64,000 bases of DNA from a virus (lineage: Duplodnaviria > Caudoviricetes): the IMG/VR virus record IMGVR_UViG_3300049859_000309, positions 4,257 to 68,256 of that record; one strand, written 5' to 3'. A program made the translations under genes and the position numbers. Under the pieces are notes generated by a model. The model did no database searches, was not told where the DNA came from, and saw nothing but the letters and a program-made list of their open reading frames with translations. Position 1 is the first letter of the stretch; each line of letters begins with the position of its first letter. Shown here piece after piece: positions 15,785 through 24,248 of this stretch.

Positions 15785-17541
15785 TGCCTAAGGCCTATAC
15801 TTACGATCTTAAAAGTAAATCTGTAGATCACTACCAGTCTAGCCCGACTTGGCTTTGCACTTTTATCAGATGGACAAACAGAGACACTTTGAATTTTGCT
15901 TCAGCATCTGGACCCGAAACAAAGCTATCGACACGTGACGTGATGTGCGTCAAAAATGATTGCATTGCTTTTTCTATATCTGGGAACAAATCATCTCCAA
16001 GCCAGCAAATTCAGCTAACTTTAAAATCTCCGACAATTGACTATTCTGCCGCCATAGGTACGGGGGATTTTTTGTGTTTTAATATTTTGGGCTCAGAAAA
16101 AGAAATAGATGAGGTTGAAAAGCTCGCCAAACAACTAAAGCCAATCAATGATTTTAAGCAAGGATTTAAAGGGCTTTACAAGGTTCACTCAGTTACTAAA
16201 AAAATAAGCATACAGCCCGAATCAGGAACTAAGTTCGTAGTCTATCAAATATCTGCTTTTAGTTTCACAGAGTTAAACAATAAGCTATATTTTCAACCGC
16301 TCCTTACTCAGCTAGATGCCAACAATCAAGGTCTTTACTTGGCCCGACTAGGCACTGAAGCCGCTCGTCTTAATTTTACAAAAAATGGAAGAAATGCGCA
16401 AGATATTATCAAAACTTTTATAGATTCCACTTTAGGAAATAAGTCATTTTCTACTAATTATTCTGGGGATAAGGACGATATTTCTCCCAATACTCAATTT
16501 TATATCCCCTCTTCTGTTGGAAACCTGTTAGGAATAGAGCCCAAAGGCTCCAACTTTACAGTTAAAGACATTATGTCATATATATATGGCATTCAAAAAT
16601 ACGATTCTCAGACTTTTTTGCCTACACCAAATTTAGAACCAATTCAGGGAACTTTTTTGGTTCAGGTAGACTATTTTAATCAAACCCCCCTGTGGTCTGT
16701 GTTAAATCAGTACCTAAATTCTCCCATTAACGAAATGTATACTTGCTTTCGAACAAACGCAGACAATCAGGTTGTTCCACATGTCATTGTCAGACAGACC
16801 CCATATTCTTCGCCAAAGTATACGGGCAAGCTTGCTACTCAGTTCCTGACTCTTCCACGATGGAGAATATCGGCAGATCGATTACTAGATCTTTCCGTTG
16901 CAAAAGACGAGGCGCTAAGAACTAATTTTGTGCAAATTTTTGGTCAAATACCAGGCATCAGTGGAATCGCTCAACAACAAGCTCAGGGTAACTACCAATT
17001 AGACATTGAGGATATAAAAAAGCATGGTCTAAGACCTCTTGTTTTTACCACTAACGGAGATTCTTTGGTTGGCGAAAATAAAGGAATTTTTCAATCTATA
17101 GAATGGACAAAGCTTATTGCTGATATCCTAATTGGCGGCCACATGAGACTAAGTGGCCAAATTACCGCAACGGGAATTTACGAACCCATTACCCACGGCG
17201 ACAATTTTCAATTAGAAAACACAGTTTTTCACATAGAGGGCGTAACACATGCGGGAGGAATTGACAACTCTGGAGACAAAAGTTTCTATACAACTCTGAT
17301 TTTATCTCACGGCGTTATCGATACCTCAGAAACCGATGCTATCGAATATCCAAACAACAATAATAAATCTCTTAACGATTTAGAACGAGACAGCTATCAA
17401 GAATCAAGACTCCTTCCTTCTAGTTCTGGAGATGGTAGCCTAGACAGCTCGCCTCAGTTCGATTTTAATTTGCCTAACGAAAAACAAAGATTTAACAAAA
17501 CAGAAAACAGAAAACCAAAAAACAAGGATAAGAAAAAATGA
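15784..17541 (+). CDS. Baseplate hub-like tail protein (putative)
   Basis: 585 aa, lies between tape measure and spike; C-terminal GHMRLSGQITATGIYEPITHGDNF..FHIEGVTH..FYTTLILSHG resembles hub OB-fold ends. Confidence 0.6.
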   Translation: MPKAYTYDLKSKSVDHYQSSPTWLCTFIRWTNRDTLNFASASGPETKLSTRDVMCVKNDCIAFSISGNKSSPSQQIQLTLKSPTIDYSAAIGTGDFLCFNILGSEKEIDEVEKLAKQLKPINDFKQGFKGLYKVHSVTKKISIQPESGTKFVVYQISAFSFTELNNKLYFQPLLTQLDANNQGLYLARLGTEAARLNFTKNGRNAQDIIKTFIDSTLGNKSFSTNYSGDKDDISPNTQFYIPSSVGNLLGIEPKGSNFTVKDIMSYIYGIQKYDSQTFLPTPNLEPIQGTFLVQVDYFNQTPLWSVLNQYLNSPINEMYTCFRTNADNQVVPHVIVRQTPYSSPKYTGKLATQFLTLPRWRISADRLLDLSVAKDEALRTNFVQIFGQIPGISGIAQQQAQGNYQLDIEDIKKHGLRPLVFTTNGDSLVGENKGIFQSIEWTKLIADILIGGHMRLSGQITATGIYEPITHGDNFQLENTVFHIEGVTHAGGIDNSGDKSFYTTLILSHGVIDTSETDAIEYPNNNNKSLNDLERDSYQESRLLPSSSGDGSLDSSPQFDFNLPNEKQRFNKTENRKPKNKDKKK

Positions 17542-18602
17542 TGAGATCTGGCGCAGTTCCTCCGCATTTTCTTTCTTATGACGATGGCTCTCTTTCTGGC
17601 TTCAATAAACGTTTTAAAAACTTTTCTTTAAAGCTGGGAATTGTTATAAAAAAACACAACCCTAAAGCAAAAACCAATTTAAGCAAAAACTCGATAGAGT
17701 ATGATATCTTGGTTTCTGAAAACAATGCAAATGCAGATTCTAGTTTTATCACGTACAGAAACTGCCAAGTAATGGAATTGTTAGGAGGAATCGGAGATTT
17801 TTCCGAAAAAACATTTAGGGTTCAGTCAAAGAAAAAGACCAAGCTTGACGGATACGACGCCAATAATCAGGACGGTTCTCAAGTGCTGCTTCTTTGTCTA
17901 AACGGCTCAAGCGAAAGAGCTATTATTATTGGAGCGCTTAAACATCCAGATAGAAAAACGAAGCTTACTGGTGACGGAAATCAGTATTTTTCCTCTTTTA
18001 ATGGAGTTGACTTTAAAATTGAAGACGACGGCTCTTGTAAACTTACTTTTAATGGCGCTACCGATTCTGAAGGTGTAGCTAAAGACAAAACCCAAGGGGT
18101 TACTTTTTTAGAAATAGAAAAAGACGGAAGCCTTCAGATTACTGGAAACAATTTCTCAATGCGTCTTCAAAAAGACGGAAAATCTTTCGTCGAGCTTCAA
18201 GATCTTTTTAGCCTAAAAAGTAAAAAATCTGTAAGTTTTACATCCGAGGACAAAGATTCTGGAAATAAAGCCAGTCTGTCACTAGACAATGGAAAAATTT
18301 TGGGATCTGGCACTGGATTTGATTTGAGCATATCTGGCTCAGCCAGCATGAGCTTTGGGGAACTAAAAGCTTCCATCCAAGGCAGCGCTACAATAAAAAC
18401 CCAATCTTTAAATGTTGACGCCGCCAGCATTATTAAGATAAAGTCATCCAATATGACATTAGATTCAAATGTTTCTATCGGCGGCGCTGGCGGCGCTCCA
18501 GCAGTAATACGATCTACTGAATTTTTCGGTACTGACGGAGAAGGCGCTCCAGTTCGCTCTCTTGCTATCGGTCCATTTTCTAGAAAAGTGAGGATCGTAT
18601 GA
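17538..18602 (+). CDS. Baseplate spike/puncturing protein (gp5/gpV-like, putative)
   Basis: N-terminal OB-like GSQVLLLCLNGSSERAIIIGAL, beta-helix-like repeats, C-terminal VSIGGAGGAPAV. Confidence 0.65.
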   Translation: MMRSGAVPPHFLSYDDGSLSGFNKRFKNFSLKLGIVIKKHNPKAKTNLSKNSIEYDILVSENNANADSSFITYRNCQVMELLGGIGDFSEKTFRVQSKKKTKLDGYDANNQDGSQVLLLCLNGSSERAIIIGALKHPDRKTKLTGDGNQYFSSFNGVDFKIEDDGSCKLTFNGATDSEGVAKDKTQGVTFLEIEKDGSLQITGNNFSMRLQKDGKSFVELQDLFSLKSKKSVSFTSEDKDSGNKASLSLDNGKILGSGTGFDLSISGSASMSFGELKASIQGSATIKTQSLNVDAASIIKIKSSNMTLDSNVSIGGAGGAPAVIRSTEFFGTDGEGAPVRSLAIGPFSRKVRIV

Positions 18603-19081
18603 AACTTGTCGTTATCTATTTTGCTATATTTATTATTATGTACGCGAGCATGATCAGTCCAAAACTTGTTCGCGTAGAATTAAAAGCTGTATGGACCTTT
18701 ATCAAAATCATGCTAGCTTTAACGGCATTCAGGATTGCGGGATACCTAATTGACGGGACCCTTCCTGAATTAGAAACCCAACTACCTTATAACTATTTTT
18801 TAGTTTGGTGGGAAGATGCGATATTTACCCTACCTTTATTAATTTTAAAATACAAAAACGTATCCAATAAAATTCTAATTCCTTTAATGGTGATGTCGTC
18901 AGTCGCTTTTGCTTCTGCTCATATTTATATTGATCCTTGGTGGGCTGCTTTTTTGCTATGCTACGTGTATTATTTTTCCTATAGAAATGGCTTAAAATAT
19001 GGATTGGGGACGGTTATGGTATGCCACGTATTGTATGATTTAACTATTGTGTACGGAACTAACCTAATGTTGTGGTTTTAA
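18599..19081 (+). CDS. CPBP family (CAAX protease/Abi-like) intramembrane metalloprotease
   Basis: Multiple TM helices with WEDAIF, FASAH and CHVLYD motifs corresponding to EExxxR, FxxxH and HxxxD/N. Confidence 0.7.
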   Translation: MKLVVIYFAIFIIMYASMISPKLVRVELKAVWTFIKIMLALTAFRIAGYLIDGTLPELETQLPYNYFLVWWEDAIFTLPLLILKYKNVSNKILIPLMVMSSVAFASAHIYIDPWWAAFLLCYVYYFSYRNGLKYGLGTVMVCHVLYDLTIVYGTNLMLWF

Positions 19082-19082
19082 C

Positions 19083-19352
19083 ATGGAAAAAAGAAACAAC
19101 TCAGATTTAGAATGGTGGGAGGATCTATTGAGACAAGAAGACGGACTGTTTTATGTATGTAGTGATTTAGAACTTCTAACGACACCAACAGGTCGATTTG
19201 GATTCTCTAAAGAAAACGCTGAAAAGATTTTTGATAAAGCCATTACTGGGTTTCAGGCCATGACAGAAGACCCTTCCGTAGCCGAAAACGAAAGAAAAGC
19301 AGCGTTAATGTCTATACATCATTTAAAAATAGTTCCATTAAGGTATCATTAA
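19083..19352 (+). CDS. Hypothetical protein
   Basis: 89-aa ORF in operon. Confidence 0.65.
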   Translation: MEKRNNSDLEWWEDLLRQEDGLFYVCSDLELLTTPTGRFGFSKENAEKIFDKAITGFQAMTEDPSVAENERKAALMSIHHLKIVPLRYH

Positions 19353-20732
19353 ATGCCGCTAACCAAAACAGACCGTATCAATTTTAGTGAAAAAATAGCC
19401 TCTTCCGTAGAGGAGATCGCTCTTGCTGAACAAGATAAGCAAGACGTCGCACTAACTCAGCAAAAAGATATCTCACTAGATAACGGACACAGAACTCTGT
19501 TTTTAAACAAAAACATACTGGTGACTGGATATCAAACCGAATTGACCATGCTTGACGGCAATAGCAGGACCGTAATTTCTGAGCAAGATATGGTAGATTC
19601 TGCCAATTTTGTTTTAAATAATTTTTTCTATCCTAGAAGCGCCAGCAATCCTCCCCCATCACTAGCTCCTTCAGTGTGGACAAAAACCAAGCCGTATGCA
19701 AGAAATAAAGCTGTTGGAAAACTTTTTAACGAAACTTTTGGACCCGCAGTTACAAAAGAAAGCGATTTAATTGGAGCTATAAATTCAACACTGTCCACTA
19801 TCAACTCTTACTCTCAAATAGAAAAAACTACAGGACAGTCCTGCGATGGAAATAACGGAGTCTGTTCCAATCCTAGTTATACCACACAAATACAGTGCGT
19901 ATTAAATGGAGAGACTTGGACTCCGCTACCAGACGTGATAGCCAACGATCCAACACTTCAAGGGCTGATGACTACTTTAATATCTCAAGTTAATTCATGG
20001 AGAAGTTTTTTAGTTACTCAACAATCGAATGTACTGACAATAGATAGCGACCCTACCAGATCAGCGCAGAATGTTACAGCTGTTGGGCAGATAGTGGCTA
20101 CAATATCCAACATAGATACTTGGCTAGCTTTTCCTAATTTTGACACAGCTCACGGACAAACCACCTGTGTTGGATTTAATTCATACAATCCATTACTACT
20201 AGACCCTACCAAGCTACAGGCTACGCAGCTTTTTGTTTTAACGACAAACATATCCATCAGGAGCGCCTTTTTGCCTACTAGACAAGGACAGCTTCTTACG
20301 AATCTTGGATCTGTAACTCAATCACTGGTTGACGGAACTTACACAGGCACGGGTCTTTATTTTCAACGAATGCAATTTATCAGTCTTCGGCTTGATATGC
20401 TTGGCGGATCTTTAATTAACGTAAAAGGTTTAGAAAAATCAATTACGGCGATTGACGAAAAGATTGCCAATATTCAAAACTCTACGGCCATATATAATAC
20501 TCTTCTTGTCTGTACCAATTTAGTAGCTCCAAGCAATAACACAAAAATAATTCACGTAAAAAACTCTCAAGGTTTTAGTGTTGGAGATCAGGTATTTATC
20601 AAATCAACAAACCAAGAAGAAATCGTCGTTCAGATAGAATCTATTAACAGTAATTCAATTACGCTTAGTAAAAAGATACCAGCCAAGTATCGCGAGACCG
20701 AATTAGCAAGAATGTATAAAGATATTTCCTAA
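19353..20732 (+). CDS. Putative virion structural protein (459 aa)
   Basis: Within tail module; Thr/Ser/Asn-rich; C-terminal beta domain IIHVKNSQGFSVGDQVFI resembles domains in neighbouring baseplate proteins. Confidence 0.55.
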   Translation: MPLTKTDRINFSEKIASSVEEIALAEQDKQDVALTQQKDISLDNGHRTLFLNKNILVTGYQTELTMLDGNSRTVISEQDMVDSANFVLNNFFYPRSASNPPPSLAPSVWTKTKPYARNKAVGKLFNETFGPAVTKESDLIGAINSTLSTINSYSQIEKTTGQSCDGNNGVCSNPSYTTQIQCVLNGETWTPLPDVIANDPTLQGLMTTLISQVNSWRSFLVTQQSNVLTIDSDPTRSAQNVTAVGQIVATISNIDTWLAFPNFDTAHGQTTCVGFNSYNPLLLDPTKLQATQLFVLTTNISIRSAFLPTRQGQLLTNLGSVTQSLVDGTYTGTGLYFQRMQFISLRLDMLGGSLINVKGLEKSITAIDEKIANIQNSTAIYNTLLVCTNLVAPSNNTKIIHVKNSQGFSVGDQVFIKSTNQEEIVVQIESINSNSITLSKKIPAKYRETELARMYKDIS

Positions 20733-21025
20733 ACAGTGTGGCAAAAAACTATAAAATGCTCAATTAAGTATCTTTCTTCTGGTAGCATTTTTTTATTTAA
20801 GCACATGTACAGCACATCACAAACTAAATCGTAATGAACGATTACTTCGTATTTTTCTTTTAAGGAAAGTCTTTTTGCGATTTCAAACAGCTCCGCATCG
20901 CTAAACCCTCTCAAATAGTCTAGCTTACTGTCCATCTCGGTCCATTGAGGATGGACACAATTTTTATCAATTTCTTTTATTGTAGATATGACCTGATCTA
21001 GATATGGAGATCTGTCTCTATTCAT
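20729..21025 (-). CDS. Hypothetical protein
   Basis: 98-aa ORF coupled to the upstream peptidase. Confidence 0.65.
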   Translation of the reverse strand: MNRDRSPYLDQVISTIKEIDKNCVHPQWTEMDSKLDYLRGFSDAELFEIAKRLSLKEKYEVIVHYDLVCDVLYMCLNKKMLPEERYLIEHFIVFCHTV

Positions 21026-21557
21026 ATGGACTGCACCGACTAAACATTTCTTCTATGTAATAGCTCCATCTTTTTTCTAAGCATTGAGTAGATGTTAGCT
21101 CTGGGGACATTATAGATCGAGAGCACCCATCTTCAAAATACAACAACTCTCGATTGCTTTTGTTTGGCTCAATAATTGGCTCGTAGTCAATACCGTTGTG
21201 GTCATGACTTCTGTTGCATATACAATGGACGAGTTCGTGGAAAACCAAAGCCTGTTTTCTTAGTTGACTTTCGGAATTAAAAAAGTCACCATCAATTGCA
21301 ATCTCGCTGGTCCCGTCAACAAATCTGTAGCAAACGCCTATTCTGTTTCCTGCCTGTGGCTCGATTCCTATGGATGTTTTTGAATAGCTTAAATCATTTA
21401 ATTTGTTTTTTGATAAGTTAATAAAATCTTCAACATAGGGCTTAATTTCAGGATCGATACCACTGAATCTTTGCGCTATCCTAAATTCTTTATGAACACA
21501 GCTAGGACTTAACATAAACGCCAAAAAAAACAGTATCGTGTGCAAAATCTTTCTCAT
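21018..21557 (-). CDS. Putative lipoprotein zincin-like metallopeptidase
   Basis: Signal peptide with lipobox-like LSPSC; FHELVHCICNRSH (HExxH plus a third His). Confidence 0.7.
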   Translation of the reverse strand: MRKILHTILFFLAFMLSPSCVHKEFRIAQRFSGIDPEIKPYVEDFINLSKNKLNDLSYSKTSIGIEPQAGNRIGVCYRFVDGTSEIAIDGDFFNSESQLRKQALVFHELVHCICNRSHDHNGIDYEPIIEPNKSNRELLYFEDGCSRSIMSPELTSTQCLEKRWSYYIEEMFSRCSPYE

Positions 21558-21562
21558 AACTA

Positions 21563-21595
21563 TATAGTATCTATAACAAATCCGTTCAATCTTAA
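21563..21595. promoter_or_regulatory. Divergent promoter pair: GATACTATA (minus) and AATCTTAA (plus)
   Basis: TATAGTATC at 21563-21571 and AATCTTAA at 21588-21595, each a few nt from an ATG. Confidence 0.55.
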
Positions 21596-21599
21596 GAGT

Positions 21600-24191
21600 A
21601 TGGCTAAAACCTTTGGACAGATACCAACCCCAGACATAGATTCAAGTCTAGACTCCTTAAAAGCTAAGGCGGGTTTGCCCACGGCATCATCCCAAGATGC
21701 TAAAAATCCAATAATTTCAACAGCTTGGGATTCCATTGATGCAAAAAATAGCATGTTTAAGCCTATTACGATCGACGGCGCTCGATGGAATAAAATGTTT
21801 CCGTATCGATTTCTTGTCGTGGCCGAAAACGAAACTGGCGGTTTTTCTATAGTTACCGCTGAAGGCGCTAAGGTTTTTGATAAAGTGTCCGTTGTAAAAA
21901 ATACAGCAAAGGGCCAAACCAGACTGTCTTTTTCAGCCCCTATCGCTAATTGGGAATACTGGCTTCCGATAACTCCTCAACAGCTATCGGTTTCAACCCC
22001 ATACGCTATTTCCAATACAGCCTTGTTGCGCGGAATCATGGAAGAGCACAATGGCGTTAAATATAAAATTATCTCAATGGCGGGAACTTTCGGGGTATGG
22101 CCTAATCGACCTACCGTAAACGCAAAAACTCCTTCTGGAGTAGCTTCTTTTTTTACAGGAACTATAGCCGCTGCTGGAAATTTAGCCAATCAGGTCTCGG
22201 CTCTTTCAGGCAAGATCTCAGCTTCTGATGACATATCAAATAATGAAGGCGGTTTTGCTGGAACTGGATACGCCCATGCTTTATTGTTAGATCAGTTTCT
22301 TGAACAATACGCCGAAGCTAAAAAAAATCCAGAAAATGCAAGATGGAGACTTGTTTTAGATATACCTAAACAAAACCAGTCTTTTTTGGTCACTCCCATT
22401 CAATTTGTATATAATCAATCAGCAGAATCTCCAAATGAAATCAAGTATAGCTTGCAATTAAAAGCATATAAAAGAATAGATCTAAATGCGAGCGCGTTTG
22501 AAAACAACACTCTCCAAGATCTTTCCCCTTCTTCTTTGCAAAGAGTTGTTTTTGCTGTGGCTCAGTCTAGAAGAATTGTATCCGCAGCTTTAAATTTAAT
22601 CAAAGCTGTTCGATCTGATTTTCAAGCACCCCTTAACACGCTAAGACAGGTTTCTTTATTTTGTAAAGATCTTGCTGGGATACCAGCTGCGCTAATTGAC
22701 CTCCCTAACCAACTACTGTTTGATTTGCGGTCTGCTATGACTGACACAATAAGTAATTTAGAGGACAGTGCTCAGATTTTACAAAAAGCACAAAATAGAG
22801 ATAAGCTTCAAATATTTAAAGAACAGAAAAGATCTACAGAGGGGCTTTCCGTTAGTGCTGTCGAAGGCGGCCAATTAGGCCAAACAGCAATAAACAATCT
22901 CAAGACTTCCGAAATTAATAAATTTTTTAAATCTCCTGAAGAATCTTTTGACATATTTAACGCTGTTGACGTTTCTTCTTTAAGTCTTACTCCAGAGCAG
23001 CAAGACGCTGTAGATAAAGAAGTAGAGGCTGTTCGTAATTTTACAGTAGACGACTTAAGAGAAAAAAGAGCCGAAATTTTAGACCTTGCTGTAAGAATTG
23101 CTAATAATTTTGGAGCAAGTACTGAGCTTGTTAGTAAGATTTATAACAAGCCCGCTCCTTATGAGCGCGTACAAGCAATGACAATTGACGAGTACGTTAT
23201 ATTAAAAAGTCTTTACGATGTCATTCAGTCTATTGATGTGATTACAGCTTCTAGTCAGCTAGACGATCTCAGAATCCAAAACGCTTATGATTTTGTAAAC
23301 GACCTTGCCGATCTAAATGATATTCCATTTAATACCGCTACAGCTAAAATATTGGTGCCCGTACCATACGGCTTAAATATGGAACAAATAGCATACAGAT
23401 ATCTTGGCGATGCCGATCGATGGCTTGAAATAGCCACCCTCAATGCTTTAAAAGAGCCCTATATTGATGAAGTTGGATTCAAAAGATCTTTTTTATCAAA
23501 CGCCGATGGAAGGCAGTTTAATATAGAGTCAAAAGAAAATCTTAATATTGGTCAAAAAATTACAATAAAAAGTATTGCTCAGCCGCCCACTCAGCGCCGC
23601 ATTACAAACATTGAAAAAATTACAGATAATAACTATTTAATAAGCGTGGACGGAGAGGCTGATCTTGACGTATACACCACAACAGACTCATCTTATTTAC
23701 AGGCTTATTTATCAGGAACCGTAAACAGCCAATCTCAGATTTTCATACCTTCTGGCGAAACCGCTCCCGACGATATAAGATCTAAGGTTGTCCCCATAGC
23801 TTCTCAAGACGCTCTTGTTGGCATGTCTAAAATAGACTGGCTACAGACCGAAGATGGCGACATAGCTTTAGATGCTTTTGCCGAACCAAGACTTGCATAC
23901 GGCCTAAACAATCTAATCCAAGCCCTAAAAATGAAGTTTTCCGTTGCGGCAGGTCAGCTGATCAAAAACCCTAAATTTGGAGCTGGCGTATCTGTCGGCG
24001 AAAGCACAGCTGACATAGAGTTAAGAAATCTTTACTCCCAAGTCAGAGAGACTATTATATCCGACCCTAGATTTAGCGATATCAATAAATTAGAGATATT
24101 CCTAGATGGCCCAACACTTACGTTTAACGTATTGGTTACCATAGCCCAAAACAGAGGGATTTTGCCGATTTCATTTAGCGTAAGCTCCTAA
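21600..24191 (+). CDS. Baseplate protein: tube-initiator-like N-terminus, LysM-like domain, C-terminal gp25-like wedge domain
   Basis: VPYGLNMEQIAYRYLGDADRWLEIATLNAL (LysM/tail-X-like); NNLIQALKMKF...NPKFG...IISDPRF (gp25-like); likely start MAKTFG at 21600. Confidence 0.7.
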   Translation: MAKTFGQIPTPDIDSSLDSLKAKAGLPTASSQDAKNPIISTAWDSIDAKNSMFKPITIDGARWNKMFPYRFLVVAENETGGFSIVTAEGAKVFDKVSVVKNTAKGQTRLSFSAPIANWEYWLPITPQQLSVSTPYAISNTALLRGIMEEHNGVKYKIISMAGTFGVWPNRPTVNAKTPSGVASFFTGTIAAAGNLANQVSALSGKISASDDISNNEGGFAGTGYAHALLLDQFLEQYAEAKKNPENARWRLVLDIPKQNQSFLVTPIQFVYNQSAESPNEIKYSLQLKAYKRIDLNASAFENNTLQDLSPSSLQRVVFAVAQSRRIVSAALNLIKAVRSDFQAPLNTLRQVSLFCKDLAGIPAALIDLPNQLLFDLRSAMTDTISNLEDSAQILQKAQNRDKLQIFKEQKRSTEGLSVSAVEGGQLGQTAINNLKTSEINKFFKSPEESFDIFNAVDVSSLSLTPEQQDAVDKEVEAVRNFTVDDLREKRAEILDLAVRIANNFGASTELVSKIYNKPAPYERVQAMTIDEYVILKSLYDVIQSIDVITASSQLDDLRIQNAYDFVNDLADLNDIPFNTATAKILVPVPYGLNMEQIAYRYLGDADRWLEIATLNALKEPYIDEVGFKRSFLSNADGRQFNIESKENLNIGQKITIKSIAQPPTQRRITNIEKITDNNYLISVDGEADLDVYTTTDSSYLQAYLSGTVNSQSQIFIPSGETAPDDIRSKVVPIASQDALVGMSKIDWLQTEDGDIALDAFAEPRLAYGLNNLIQALKMKFSVAAGQLIKNPKFGAGVSVGESTADIELRNLYSQVRETIISDPRFSDINKLEIFLDGPTLTFNVLVTIAQNRGILPISFSVSS

Positions 24192-24192
24192 T

Positions 24193-24229
24193 GATACTAT
24201 AGATTTGGGTGAAAACCGATCAATCTTAA
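24193..24229 (+). promoter_or_regulatory. GATACTATA plus AATCTTAA motifs
   Basis: Both motifs in the 57-bp gap before the giant baseplate gene, followed by GAGGT RBS. Confidence 0.55.
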
Positions 24230-24248
24230 TGGTATCAAGAGGTATTGA

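Noticed and set aside
21540-21599. Upstream start of the 883-aa ORF (likewise 9745, 41881 and 60561 starts)
   Set aside because: These overlap neighbouring genes or promoters; downstream ATGs fit promoter, RBS or coupling signals better
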